64,000 nucleotides of DNA from an uncultured Bdellovibrionales bacterium (GCA_965366815.1 CBDUGV010000002.1:758-64757), one strand, 5' to 3'; counted from the stretch's first letter, positions 19,309 through 31,913 are shown. Notes: generated by a model not told the origin, from the letters alone. A program made the numbers and translations.

Positions 19309-21828
19309 CTACGCTGTGCCGTTAACCACTGGAGCGCCATCTTCATCCCCTTGCGCACCATCTTCGTCATCTAGAACCCGGGCAACCGCAGCCACGGTCT
19401 CTTCGGAGTCGAGATTCACTAAGCGGACACCCTGGGTATTGCGACCGATGGTAGAGATGGAGTTAGCATTCATGCGGATTATCTTCCCGCGAGTACTAAT
19501 AATCATCACATCATCAGCCTCTTGCGCGAGCACAGCTCCAATGACTTGACCATTGCGATCTGTCGTCTTGATGTCGATAACTCCCTTTCCACCTCGTCCT
19601 TGTCGACGATATTCAGAGATACGCGTTCGTTTGCCGTAGCCGTTCTCACAAACCGAGAGTAGTGAAAGCGAGTCCTGCTTATCTTCCTCAGTACCAGCCT
19701 CAGATGAGACCGAAACGACACTGGCAACGACATCATCACCCTTCAAGCTAATTGCTCGAACACCACGAGCGGTTCGTCCCATTGCCCGAACATCTTTTTC
19801 GCTAAAGCGAATAACCATTCCTGACTTGCTGGAAACTATGATGTCTTGCTCTCCATCTGAGAGCCGTGCACCTGTCAACTCGTCGTTCTCGTCGAGTGTA
19901 GTTGCAATGATGCCACCACGACGAACATTAGAGAAAGCCATGAGGTCTACGCGTTTGATGTAACCTCGTTTTGTGGTCATAACCACGTATTTGCCTTCCT
20001 CAAAGTGCCGCACCGGTAGAATTGCCGATACCTTCTCTTCTTTATCCAAACTCAGCATGTTGACAATCGCGCGCCCTCGGGCAGTTCGACTCGCCTCTGG
20101 CAAGCTGTAGACTTTCAGCCAATAGAGTTTTCCTGCAGTCGTAAACACCAGGAGATAGGCATGGGTCGAAGCAACAAATAGCTCTGAAACAAAATCTTCA
20201 TCGCCCTCTGAGAGCTTCTTGGTTCCCATCACCCCTTTACCACCGCGCCCTTGGGCTCGGTACACAGAAGGAGAACAACGCTTGGCATATCCACGGTGAC
20301 TGATAGAAACCGCCATATCCTCTTCGGCGATAAGGTCTTCATCTTCAATTTCATCACCACCTGCTTCAATGATGGTGCGACGTTCATCGCCAAACTTTTC
20401 GCTTATTTCTTCCAGCTCAGTGATGATTACATTGTTGATTTCTTCAACACTTGAGAGAAGTTTCTGTAGAAATGAGATTCGCTCAGAGACCTCGGCGTAC
20501 TCGTCGTCAATCGCCTTGCGTTCTAAGCCAGTCAATCGACGAAGCGGCATATCAAGAATTTGCTGCGCTTGAATCTCGCTAAACGAAAACCTCGCAATCA
20601 AGTTAACTCTTGCATCAGCAGTAGAGTCGGAAGCCTTAATTACCTTAATCACTTCATCGATGTGATCCAAGGCGATGCGAAATCCCTCAAGGATGTGTAG
20701 CCGCGCTTGCGCTTTTCTCAACTCATATCGACTACGGCGAATAATAACCGTTCTACGATGGTCGATGAAATTCTCAATAACTGGCTTGAGCCCCAGCACA
20801 CGGGGAACCCCATCAACTATCGAGAGCATGTTGACGCCAAACGACTTCTGCAAAGTCGTAAGTTTATACAGTTGGTTTACTACTACATCCTCAACTGCAT
20901 CTCGCTTCAGTTCAATAACTATGCGCATTCCACGGCGATCGGACTCATCACGGAGACGAGCGATACCATCAATTCGCTTTTCGTTGGCAAGTTCGGCGAT
21001 CTTTTCGATCAATCGTGCCTTGTTTACTTGGTAAGGAACCTCGTCAATGATGATTGCCGTGGTTTCCTTCTTGCCGCTAGTGAGCACCTCCGTTCGAAGC
21101 TTCCCGCGAATCTTTATGATTCCGCGACCAGTGCGATAAATCTGCTTAAGCGGCGCATCGCCGTGAATAATTCCACCTGTTGGGAAATCTGGTCCAGGGA
21201 GAACTTCCATCAGGTCTTCAACCGCAACATCTGGATTTTTCACCACCATAACTGCAGCAGCGATTACTTCGGTTAGATTATGCGGTGGAATCTTCGACGC
21301 CATTCCCACCGCAATACCTTCTGCACCATTCACCAAGAGGTGCGGTACCTTGGACGGGAGGACAACTGGCTCTTCCGATGAATCGTCGAAATTCGGTATA
21401 AAATCGACAGTTTCCTTATCAATATCAGTCAGCAATTGCTCAGCGAGCGCCTGCATACGACATTCAGTGTAACGATATGCCGCTGCTGGATCCCCGTCGA
21501 TCGAACCGAAGTTTCCTTGGCCATCGATGAGCGGGTATCGCATGTTCCATTCCTGGGCCATACGCACCAACGCGTCATACACTGCACTATCGCCGTGTGG
21601 GTGGAGTCGCTTGAGCACCTCTCCAACCACACCAGCACATTTGGAAGTCTTTTTATTCGAAGTGAGACCTTCTCCGAGCATCGCGTAGAGAATTCGCCGA
21701 TGCACTGGTTTTAACCCATCGCGAATATCAGGTAGAGCCCGGCCGATGATTACGCTCATTGCGTAGTCCATATAGGACCCGCGCATCTCATCTTCTATAT
21801 TAATTGCTACAATGTTGCTTTGTTCCAT
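19309..21828 (-). CDS. gyrA: DNA gyrase subunit A
   Basis: 839 aa. N-terminus MSVIIGRALPDIRDGLKPVHRRILYAM with catalytic Tyr region. C-terminal repeated beta-pinwheel blades. Confidence 0.95.
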   Translation of the reverse strand: MEQSNIVAINIEDEMRGSYMDYAMSVIIGRALPDIRDGLKPVHRRILYAMLGEGLTSNKKTSKCAGVVGEVLKRLHPHGDSAVYDALVRMAQEWNMRYPLIDGQGNFGSIDGDPAAAYRYTECRMQALAEQLLTDIDKETVDFIPNFDDSSEEPVVLPSKVPHLLVNGAEGIAVGMASKIPPHNLTEVIAAAVMVVKNPDVAVEDLMEVLPGPDFPTGGIIHGDAPLKQIYRTGRGIIKIRGKLRTEVLTSGKKETTAIIIDEVPYQVNKARLIEKIAELANEKRIDGIARLRDESDRRGMRIVIELKRDAVEDVVVNQLYKLTTLQKSFGVNMLSIVDGVPRVLGLKPVIENFIDHRRTVIIRRSRYELRKAQARLHILEGFRIALDHIDEVIKVIKASDSTADARVNLIARFSFSEIQAQQILDMPLRRLTGLERKAIDDEYAEVSERISFLQKLLSSVEEINNVIITELEEISEKFGDERRTIIEAGGDEIEDEDLIAEEDMAVSISHRGYAKRCSPSVYRAQGRGGKGVMGTKKLSEGDEDFVSELFVASTHAYLLVFTTAGKLYWLKVYSLPEASRTARGRAIVNMLSLDKEEKVSAILPVRHFEEGKYVVMTTKRGYIKRVDLMAFSNVRRGGIIATTLDENDELTGARLSDGEQDIIVSSKSGMVIRFSEKDVRAMGRTARGVRAISLKGDDVVASVVSVSSEAGTEEDKQDSLSLLSVCENGYGKRTRISEYRRQGRGGKGVIDIKTTDRNGQVIGAVLAQEADDVMIISTRGKIIRMNANSISTIGRNTQGVRLVNLDSEETVAAVARVLDDEDGAQGDEDGAPVVNGTA

Positions 21829-21859
21829 ACGTGGTCAGATATCCCCAAACAACTTGAGA

Positions 21860-24424
<2,565 letters not shown>

Positions 24425-24531
24425 CTAACTCAGTCACTCAGCTCGTTAATTAGCTCCAGCTATACGAAGCACCAGAGTATACCTAATAATAAGGAGAGGG
24501 GCAAACATAAGAATGTAGTAATTCCAGTGAG

Positions 24532-25698
24532 TTAGCTTAGATTATGAGGGGTTATTTTGCCGTCGGAAACAACGAGCAGAGTTGGCTGCTCAACGGCTTG
24601 AATTAGCTCCTCAGAAACTTCTGTTGCTGTGATGATAATTTGGGAATTAAAGCCGGAAATCATGCGATACAAGGCATCCTTACGGCTTCGATCGAGTTCA
24701 GATTCTACATCGTCTAGGAGAACAACCGGGGCTTCACCAAGTTTCTGTTTCAAGTAGTCGATAGCCGCCATTTTTAGTGCCAGTGCTAGGCTTCTCGCTT
24801 GCCCTTGAGATGCCGCAATGCGAGCTGAGCGAAAGCCGTATCCAGACTCTAGGAGTAAATCGATATCATCCCTATGGGGACCGAGGCTGGTTGTTCTCAG
24901 TGCTATATCTTTCTCGATACGATTACTAAGTAGCTCGTGTGCTCTGTCAGCAGATACCACTGATTTATTTTCTACGAGTTTACTTTGATACTCGATCCTC
25001 ACTTGCTCCTTGCTCTCCGGAAGACCAACGAGCTGTTGGTAGTACGATTCTACGGTAGGGGAGAATTCAGAAATAAGCGCCAAGCGACGACGCACAATTT
25101 CAAGTCCTTGAGAAATCACAAGTTGATTCCAGGGCTCAAGATGGGCAGATACTTGCACTTGCGGGATACTTCCATCTCGCGCTGATGCCAATACGCTATT
25201 TCTGCTCTTAACCGAACGCTGGTATTGGACGATCGTTTCAACATAGGCGCGATCGACCATTGCAAAAATTCGATCGATAAATTTTCGCCTTCCCTGGGGA
25301 GGCCCTTTTACTAATTGTAATTCGTCGGGAGTAAAAACAACGCAAGCGAGTTGCCCATAAAAGGAACTCGCCTTCTCTACGCGATTTCCGTTTATGTATG
25401 CCGAATTCTTGTTACCAGTAATTCGACACTCTATTTCCTTTTGACCCTCTGTAGATTCTATTAAACCCAACAGTCGAGATTCTGGTAAGGAAGACTGGCC
25501 ATTCTCGGACCAACGAATTAGTTCTTTTGTTCTGGATTCGCGAAAGGACTTGGCGTGCGCCAAAAAAAACACTGCTTCAAGCAGACTCGTCTTACCCTGG
25601 CCATTCCTTCCACTAAGGAGAGTAACACGAGACGGAAACTCAATAAGTTGGCTTTCGAGATTACGAAATTGGTTGAGCTCAATATGCTGTAGTTGCAC
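24532..25698 (-). CDS. recF: DNA replication/repair protein RecF
   Basis: Walker A GRNGQGKTSLLEA, C-terminal LLDDVESELD. Position between dnaN and gyrB. Confidence 0.9.
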   Translation of the reverse strand: MQLQHIELNQFRNLESQLIEFPSRVTLLSGRNGQGKTSLLEAVFFLAHAKSFRESRTKELIRWSENGQSSLPESRLLGLIESTEGQKEIECRITGNKNSAYINGNRVEKASSFYGQLACVVFTPDELQLVKGPPQGRRKFIDRIFAMVDRAYVETIVQYQRSVKSRNSVLASARDGSIPQVQVSAHLEPWNQLVISQGLEIVRRRLALISEFSPTVESYYQQLVGLPESKEQVRIEYQSKLVENKSVVSADRAHELLSNRIEKDIALRTTSLGPHRDDIDLLLESGYGFRSARIAASQGQARSLALALKMAAIDYLKQKLGEAPVVLLDDVESELDRSRKDALYRMISGFNSQIIITATEVSEELIQAVEQPTLLVVSDGKITPHNLS

Positions 25699-25731
25699 CG
25701 GCGTATCTCATGCAGCCCGCAGCCGATACAG

Positions 25732-26853
25732 TTACTCAAAGCGCATCGGCATAACAATGCAAGTATAGAGCTCATCATCGCCGGAAAATAATCCTGGACC
25801 AAGATCACCATTAAACTTGATTAAAATGGTTTCAGTCGAAGACATCGCGTTGAGTAAATCAATCAAGTAGCGAGAGCTGAATCCAATAGTGAGATCCCCA
25901 CCTTCTTGTTTCACCTCAACCCCTTCGGAGGCTTCACCGTATTCGGCGCTTGAAGAAGAAATAAGTAAAGTGCCTGAAATAAGCTTACATTTAACCGCTT
26001 TTGTCTTGTCTGTCGTTACAAGAGAAACGCGTTTTACTGCTGAAAGTAGCTCTGTTCTATCGACTTGAACGGTAGTTGTATGCTCAACCGGCACTACCTG
26101 TTTGTAATCGGGGAACTGACCATCAACCAGCCGAACACCTAGTTTCACCAAACCGCTCTCAACGGTAAAGAAACCATCATTTACGCCAATCTTCGCAGCG
26201 CCTTCATTCCCTTCCAGCACTTTCTTAATTTCCTGAATACCCTTTCGCGGAATGATCACCGAATGCGGCAAGCTAACCCCTTCAGCTGGTCGGTCAATCA
26301 TCGCCAAGCGATGGCCATCAGTTGCAACGAAGCGCAAGCAAGGCTTACCAGGCCCAAGTGGCCCTTCAATCGACTCTGCATACACGCCGTTGATGTTGTA
26401 GCGCGTCTCGTCGGTGGAAACCGCAAAGGAGGTCTTATCGAACATTTCATAGAATTTGGCGGCATCAACTGAAATCGGATCTTTTATTTCCACGCCTGCC
26501 ACTGCCGGAAACTCCTCAGATGAAGTTCCGTTAATTTTAAATCGCGACTGGCCACACTCAATCTCAAGACGCTGTTTCTTGGAAACATTGAGCGTCACAT
26601 CTTGTGATGGCAATTCACGCACGATGTCGTGAATTACTTTAGCATCCACCGTGATGGAACCCGGTGTCTTCACTTTAGCTTCCGCTTCGCCGACTAAACT
26701 TACTTCAAGGTCAGTAGCAGAAATTCTCAGTTTATCGTTTTCCGCTGTGAGCTTTACGTTTGCCAAAATCGGCATCGTATTACGCTTCTCAACAATCGTA
26801 TTGGTGAGATAAAGCAAATGGGAAAAGTTCTCTTTTGAAATCGAGAAGTTCAT
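25732..26853 (-). CDS. dnaN: DNA polymerase III beta sliding clamp
   Basis: Start chosen at MNFSISKENFSHLL (ATG at 26853), which aligns to canonical DnaN N-terminus. The six-frame ORF extends to 26922. Confidence 0.9.
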   Translation of the reverse strand: MNFSISKENFSHLLYLTNTIVEKRNTMPILANVKLTAENDKLRISATDLEVSLVGEAEAKVKTPGSITVDAKVIHDIVRELPSQDVTLNVSKKQRLEIECGQSRFKINGTSSEEFPAVAGVEIKDPISVDAAKFYEMFDKTSFAVSTDETRYNINGVYAESIEGPLGPGKPCLRFVATDGHRLAMIDRPAEGVSLPHSVIIPRKGIQEIKKVLEGNEGAAKIGVNDGFFTVESGLVKLGVRLVDGQFPDYKQVVPVEHTTTVQVDRTELLSAVKRVSLVTTDKTKAVKCKLISGTLLISSSSAEYGEASEGVEVKQEGGDLTIGFSSRYLIDLLNAMSSTETILIKFNGDLGPGLFSGDDELYTCIVMPMRFE

Positions 26854-27220
26854 TGTTTGGACTCCAACAACAGTGGGTAAGCGCAGTTCAATTAACTTAG
26901 CAAAGCTTGTTCTGTTTACCAAACTTCATACTAAAAGCAGACAAGGCTAAATACATACTATTGTACAAACAATAATAAATTAATTTTAGTAGTAGTTTTT
27001 AGTTAATGGGATAACTTTCAATGAATAACTAAGCTAATATATTGATCGCTCTAATGATCTTCATGTTGGTACATGGGCAAATACCAGTGGATTATGCTGT
27101 TGGCTTCTGTGAGTAGCTGGGCATAGATCGGGGCTACTGAGTTTCGCCTGTGTATACCTTCATTGTTACCCACAATTATTCAGTGATTGTTCATTGCTAA
27201 ACCACCAGGGTTCTCACAAC

Positions 27221-27229
27221 TTATCCACA
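27221..27229 (+). promoter_or_regulatory. Consensus DnaA box TTATCCACA
   Basis: Exact 9-mer read in sequence. Confidence 0.6.
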
Positions 27230-27329
27230 GAAAAAAATTAGATTTTTTTACTTTTTTTACACCATAAAGGCATAGTAATTAAGAGTACTTATCGAGACAA
27301 TCTACACATCAATAATCTGGGAAATATGA

Positions 27330-27338
27330 GTAATCCAC
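27330..27338 (+). promoter_or_regulatory. DnaA box variant TAATCCACA (8/9)
   Basis: Read in sequence, 109 bp from the perfect box. Confidence 0.45.
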
Positions 27339-27448
27339 AGCTTACTCACAGCCAAAAAATGCATTAAATAAAAGCTAAAAGAAGTGTGTCGAAGAAAGGC
27401 GAGAATTAATGAATGCTTACCCAGATAGGGAGCTACTTAGTCAGGCAG

Positions 27449-29020
27449 TTACCCAGTCAGACTGTTTTGAATGCATCGCAGCTCGTCTTGGAACCCCGGG
27501 TCTCGAGATATCTTGTCAGCGATAACCTTGCGCGCGTGAATAACGGTAGAGTGGTCTCTTCCGCCAAATAGCGCACCGAGTTCGGGATATGAGCAACCGG
27601 TGTGCTCGCGACAGAGAAACATCGCAACTTGCCGAGCAAAGGCAATATTGTGCGTTCGTCGCTTTCCGAGAATGTCGTGCATGCTGACATTATACCGCTC
27701 AGCAACGACTTTCTGAATAAGGTCCGTAGTAATCTCTTTTCGAATCGAGGGTCGGATGCTGTTAATCACTTCCTCAGCTATTTCAGTATTGGGAACACAT
27801 TTCCGCATAGCGCACATAGCATGCAGACGATTTAACGCACCTTCAAGCTCACGAACATTCGTATCGATTTGTTCTGCCAACATTTCGGCAACTTGCTTGG
27901 GCAATTCCATATTTGAGCCCTGTGCTTTCTTGTTGAGAATAGCAACACGAGTTTCAAAATCAGGAGCCTGCAAATCAGCTGAAACACCACAGGCGAATCT
28001 TGTGCGAAGTCGTTCTTCTAGACCAGTGAGCTCTTGAGGGACTTTGTCACAGGTAACGATTATCTGTTTATGTCCGTTATATAATTCATTAAAGGTGTGG
28101 AAAAACTCTTCCTGAGTTCTCTCTTTGCCAATGATGAATTGTATATCGTCGACAATAAGCAAGTCTAGGGAGCGGAACTTGTTTTTAAAACGTTCCATGT
28201 TGTTGCTTCTCAGAGAAGAGATGAGCTCAGTTACAAAACTCTCTGAGGAAACTAGTAGGACTTTCTTTTTTCGCCGCCGCGCTGCATTACCAATCGCATT
28301 AGCAAGATGAGTTTTTCCAAGCCCAACGCCACCATATATGAAGAGTGGGTTGTAATTAGATCCAAGATTCTCCGCGACTTGAAGGCTGACCGCATGTGCA
28401 AACTGATTACAGCCACCAACTACGTAGTTTGAGAAATTGTACTTCGGATTAATGTTGGTAGAGCTATGACTGGCTTCAGCAGATGAAACATCCTTCCTCG
28501 ATACAGTAGGGCGATTCTTCGCCGCAATCTTAGAAGCCCTAACAGGCCCTTTTGTTGCAGTATTTTGCGGCGTTGCTGGAGTAGCATCAGTGTTTCGTGC
28601 TGCAACCTTAAACGTTATATCTACACACGAAACATCGAGAAGGGTCGCCAGAACATCTGAAATGACGCTTCCATAGTGTCGACTTACGTGCTCGCAGCAA
28701 AACTTGTTTGGAGCCAACATAATCGCATCGATTACGTCACGTGTCTCAATGTCTGAAATTTTAACATCCGCAAGCTTCAGTGGTTTAATCCAAGCAGCGA
28801 ATATCTGAGAGTCTAATTGTTGAGAAAGTTTCTGGCAGGTGTTTTGCCATACCGCATCTGGCGTAGATACATCACGACCCGATCCACCCTTCTCGGAACT
28901 AAATTCTTGTTCGGGTGTATTACTAACTACAGCGTTGTTTGAAATCACAGCCTCTCCCTGGTCAAGGGTTTCAGGTAACAAATCCCTTATCCGCTCCATC
29001 CGAAAAATCGCCGCAGACAA
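27449..29020 (-). CDS. dnaA: Chromosomal replication initiator DnaA
   Basis: AAA+ Walker A GGVGLGKTHLANAIG, Walker B LLIVDDIQF. C-terminal DNA-binding domain (ITTDLIQKVVAERYNV...). Start may be the internal MERIRD. Confidence 0.9.
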   Translation of the reverse strand: MSAAIFRMERIRDLLPETLDQGEAVISNNAVVSNTPEQEFSSEKGGSGRDVSTPDAVWQNTCQKLSQQLDSQIFAAWIKPLKLADVKISDIETRDVIDAIMLAPNKFCCEHVSRHYGSVISDVLATLLDVSCVDITFKVAARNTDATPATPQNTATKGPVRASKIAAKNRPTVSRKDVSSAEASHSSTNINPKYNFSNYVVGGCNQFAHAVSLQVAENLGSNYNPLFIYGGVGLGKTHLANAIGNAARRRKKKVLLVSSESFVTELISSLRSNNMERFKNKFRSLDLLIVDDIQFIIGKERTQEEFFHTFNELYNGHKQIIVTCDKVPQELTGLEERLRTRFACGVSADLQAPDFETRVAILNKKAQGSNMELPKQVAEMLAEQIDTNVRELEGALNRLHAMCAMRKCVPNTEIAEEVINSIRPSIRKEITTDLIQKVVAERYNVSMHDILGKRRTHNIAFARQVAMFLCREHTGCSYPELGALFGGRDHSTVIHARKVIADKISRDPGFQDELRCIQNSLTG

Positions 29021-29218
29021 ATAGTAATAATTAAAACTCGAAACGTTTAGGAGATAACCACACTATTGAAGTGTTACTGGTGAAATGAACCCTCTCCGTA
29101 ACCACCCAACGTCAATTTGGGAACCCCGACACTACCCCGAGTTCTCCAACAATACAAATGCCCAGAGCCGAACTTGAGGTGAGTTAAAGTTATAGGTCAA
29201 AGGATTTCAATCGTATGG

Positions 29219-29263
29219 CGTCGAAAAAAATTTTCAAAAAAGTTTCTCAAATTTTTTTCGACG
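29219..29263. repeat. Perfect 15-bp AT-rich inverted repeat (CGTCGAAAAAAATTT / AAATTTTTTTCGACG) with 15-bp spacer
   Basis: Read directly in sequence. Located in the divergent region between dnaA and the atpI-like gene. Confidence 0.8.
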
Positions 29264-29322
29264 AAGCGAAAAGCACATAAACGATACCCGTGCTATCTTA
29301 GGTTATTAATTCAAGTAGGAAA

Positions 29323-29766
29323 ATGAACAGGCAAGTGCAGCAACAAACTATTACAATCGGCCAAGCTGAATTTATATTCTTCGTATCCGCAGTAGTCATT
29401 TTGCTATTCGCCCTACTCGAGTTGGCGCTCGGCACGCCTTCTCCCTTCGTCGACCTTTCGGCAATACTAACCGCGCTCGCTTATTGGACTCTGAGCTTTC
29501 GCGGACTTCGAATGTTGATGAGTGGGCTCACGGCAAGGGATGGAGCCGGACGCATGCAATTAATCGGCGGACTGCTTGTAAAAACGAGTTCCTTACTATT
29601 ATTGGGTGATTTTATGCTAAATATTACCCGAAATAAGGCAATAAGTTTCTTTATAACAATGATGGGTTATTCTTCAATCGGCATTTTCTCTATCCTCTGC
29701 TTCCACTGGTATTTGTCCTCAAAGAACAGGTGCTCAAATCAGCGGGTAGTAGGAGAGTCTGAGTAG
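29323..29766 (+). CDS. Small 4-TM membrane protein, possible ATP synthase protein I (AtpI/AtpZ-like)
   Basis: 147 aa with four hydrophobic helices immediately upstream of atpB. Assignment is by position only. Confidence 0.3.
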   Translation: MNRQVQQQTITIGQAEFIFFVSAVVILLFALLELALGTPSPFVDLSAILTALAYWTLSFRGLRMLMSGLTARDGAGRMQLIGGLLVKTSSLLLLGDFMLNITRNKAISFFITMMGYSSIGIFSILCFHWYLSSKNRCSNQRVVGESE

Positions 29767-29825
29767 AGTTTTTTGCGCTCGGTCCTTCCATATTCCTTGT
29801 AATTATTGTAGGTAGAACCGGTCAA

Positions 29826-30590
29826 TTGGCGTCGCTTATTAAGCGGCAGGTGGAAAATTGTAACTTACGACAGGGCAACGTACGACAGGCGATGGCAGCG
29901 GGATTTACATTCATAGGTGAGCTCGTTGGGGAGCATAGCGCCCCTTTCGTTAACAGCATGATAGTTGTTGGTGTTGTTGGTGCCACTGGTTTAGCCGCGC
30001 GTAAATCGCTTGCTGCGACAAGCAACCCACTTGTTCCCGATGACAAATTCTCTATGCGTACCGTTTTTGAAGTCCTGAGCAATATGTTGATTGCTTTGGG
30101 CGACACCGCAATGGGTAAAGACAATCGCCGCTACCTACCTTTTGTGGCATCGCTCTTTTGCTACATCTTTGTGATGAACATCTTTGGCTTAGTTCCCGGA
30201 TTCGTTCTTTCTACCGATCATTACCAAATCAACGTCGGAATCGCGCTGGTCGCTTTTGCGATGTATAATTTTTGGGGAGTGAAGGAGATGGGAGTGCTTT
30301 CGTATTTGAAGCATTTCTGGGGTCCTATCTGGTGGTTTGGTTTCATGTTGTTCCCGATTGAACTGGTAAGTCACGCAATGCGTCCTCTTACCTTGAGTTT
30401 GCGTTTGTTCGGAAACATGACCGGTGACCACAATCTTTTGTCGGCAATGAATGAATTGGTTGCCGGACCTTTTACGTTTTGGGCGGCGGTGCCGTTCTAT
30501 TTTCTGGGCACTTTGGTTTGCTTCGTGCAGGCCTTAGTTTTTTCCCTACTAACGATGGTATATATCCGCTTAGCGGTTGCTCATCATTGA
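29826..30590 (+). CDS. atpB: F0F1 ATP synthase subunit a
   Basis: LSLRLFGNMTGDH motif containing the essential Arg. 5-6 TM helices. Start may be the internal MAAGF. Confidence 0.85.
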   Translation: MASLIKRQVENCNLRQGNVRQAMAAGFTFIGELVGEHSAPFVNSMIVVGVVGATGLAARKSLAATSNPLVPDDKFSMRTVFEVLSNMLIALGDTAMGKDNRRYLPFVASLFCYIFVMNIFGLVPGFVLSTDHYQINVGIALVAFAMYNFWGVKEMGVLSYLKHFWGPIWWFGFMLFPIELVSHAMRPLTLSLRLFGNMTGDHNLLSAMNELVAGPFTFWAAVPFYFLGTLVCFVQALVFSLLTMVYIRLAVAHH

Positions 30591-30655
30591 GCGCAGCAGT
30601 TGCGAGTGGGTTTTTCAGTGTCAATGTTGTGCAACAACATGAGATGGAGGAATAA

Positions 30656-30955
30656 ATGCGCTTACTGAATTATCTAACTGGGCTTGTAATCGTCACCCTT
30701 GCTCTTGTAACTCCGGCTTTTGCCGCAGATGGTGGAGCTCTGATTACAACCGAAGGAATGAAGTTTCTCGCTCTCGCTCTCGCTATTTTTGGCGGAGCTT
30801 TGGGGCAAAGTCGTGTAATGGCATCTGCGCTAGAAAGCATTGGACGTAATCCAGGCGCTGCTGGTCAGATGTTCGTACCTTGGCTGTTTGGGTTGGCTTT
30901 TATTGAGTCACTATTCATTCTAGCCTGGTTGATTGCTGCCGGATTTATCGGTTAG
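30656..30955 (+). CDS. atpE: F0F1 ATP synthase subunit c
   Basis: 99 aa two-helix hairpin with GGALGQS loop region and carboxylate-helix GLAFIESLFILAWLIA. Confidence 0.85.
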   Translation: MRLLNYLTGLVIVTLALVTPAFAADGGALITTEGMKFLALALAIFGGALGQSRVMASALESIGRNPGAAGQMFVPWLFGLAFIESLFILAWLIAAGFIG

Positions 30956-31013
30956 TGAGAAACCACTCAGCTGACGAGCTCATTGGCCAATGCCGAATAA
31001 GTGAGTCAGCACG

Positions 31014-31064
31014 AGGGAAGCAGCATGTAGAACTACTCTACACACTGCTTCCCTCGCTAAACTG
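31014..31064 (+). terminator. Long imperfect hairpin (agggaagcag..tgtaga/tctaca..ctgcttccct) 59 bp after atpE stop. Terminator or stabiliser, no U-tract
   Basis: 10-bp outer plus 6-bp inner stems read in sequence. Confidence 0.35.
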
Positions 31065-31066
31065 TC

Positions 31067-31876
31067 ATGACTTCTATCATCACCCTGACAACTGATTTCG
31101 GCCAACGCGACTCTTATGTTGCCGAAATGAAGGGTGTTCTCGTTAGCAATTCTCCCTCTTCCACTATTGTTGATGTTTCCCATGACGTACCGATTTGCAA
31201 TGTCTTACATGGCGCTCGCTTGCTCGCTCAAGCGGTTCGGCAGTTTCCAAGCAATAGTATTCACGTAGGCGTAGTCGATCCCGGAGTTGGAAGTCGACGT
31301 CGAAGGATCGTATTGAATGCAAAGCTAGAGCAAGGACCAGTGTTTCTTATTGGACCTGACAACGGCCTCTTCTCGATCATACTTGGTACAGCTGAGTTAC
31401 TTGGTGCTTGGCGTATTGAAGAGATTCCCAAAGGAATGAGTAGGGGGAATTCAACGACCTTTGACGGGAGGGATGTTTTTGCACCAGCCGCTGCACTTAT
31501 TGCTAACGGAACCGAACCGACTGAATTTTGTTCCGAGATAGAGCTGTCGAATGCACCCTTGGTGCAATTGCAGATTCCCGATCCGCAATTGAGAACTGAC
31601 GGAAGCTTGCAAGGTGAGATTGTATCCTTTGATCATTTTGGAAACGCTTTGACCAATATTCACCGCGAAGCGCTCGGAGAAAACTACCGAAGCTACCGTG
31701 GAATGGTTGGAAACCACGAGGTCGCTTGGGTAACGCATTACGCTGAAATACCCCCGAATTCGATAGGCTTATTATTTAACAGCCAAGGCTACGTAGAAAT
31801 AGCAGCGCGCGAGCAGAGTGCGAAGGATTTGCTGCAGCTCAGTAGCGGAACTTCCTGCCAGCTGCTACTTAGCTAA
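31067..31876 (+). CDS. SAM hydroxide adenosyltransferase family protein (DUF62; fluorinase/chlorinase/SAM-hydrolase fold)
   Basis: N-terminal ITLTTDFGQRDSYVAEMKGVL and VGVVDPGVGSRRR motifs characteristic of the family. 269 aa. Confidence 0.65.
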   Translation: MTSIITLTTDFGQRDSYVAEMKGVLVSNSPSSTIVDVSHDVPICNVLHGARLLAQAVRQFPSNSIHVGVVDPGVGSRRRRIVLNAKLEQGPVFLIGPDNGLFSIILGTAELLGAWRIEEIPKGMSRGNSTTFDGRDVFAPAAALIANGTEPTEFCSEIELSNAPLVQLQIPDPQLRTDGSLQGEIVSFDHFGNALTNIHREALGENYRSYRGMVGNHEVAWVTHYAEIPPNSIGLLFNSQGYVEIAAREQSAKDLLQLSSGTSCQLLLS

Positions 31877-31913
31877 TAGTCCGGTCAATCAACACAGATA
31901 GAAGTTCTACGAT

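Larger units (their letters stand above)
26923..27448. other. Candidate chromosomal replication origin (oriC) in the dnaA-dnaN spacer: AT-rich unwinding-element candidate 26935-27060 plus DnaA boxes
   Basis: Perfect TTATCCACA at 27221-27229. TAATCCACA at 27330-27338 and TTACCCACA at 27166-27174, both 8/9 matches. Weaker matches near 27083 and 27150. Conserved dnaA-dnaN-recF-gyrB context. Confidence 0.55.

Noticed and set aside
20251-21276. Several 60-190 aa ORFs on the + strand inside gyrA (for example 20707-21276), and similar ORFs inside gyrB.
   Set aside because: They are antisense shadow ORFs within highly conserved essential genes. They show no start context and have biased, low-complexity composition.
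26935-27060. An AT-rich block that might suggest a CRISPR leader or a mobile-element end.
   Set aside because: It has no direct repeats, spacers or nearby transposase. Its position next to DnaA boxes fits an origin unwinding element.
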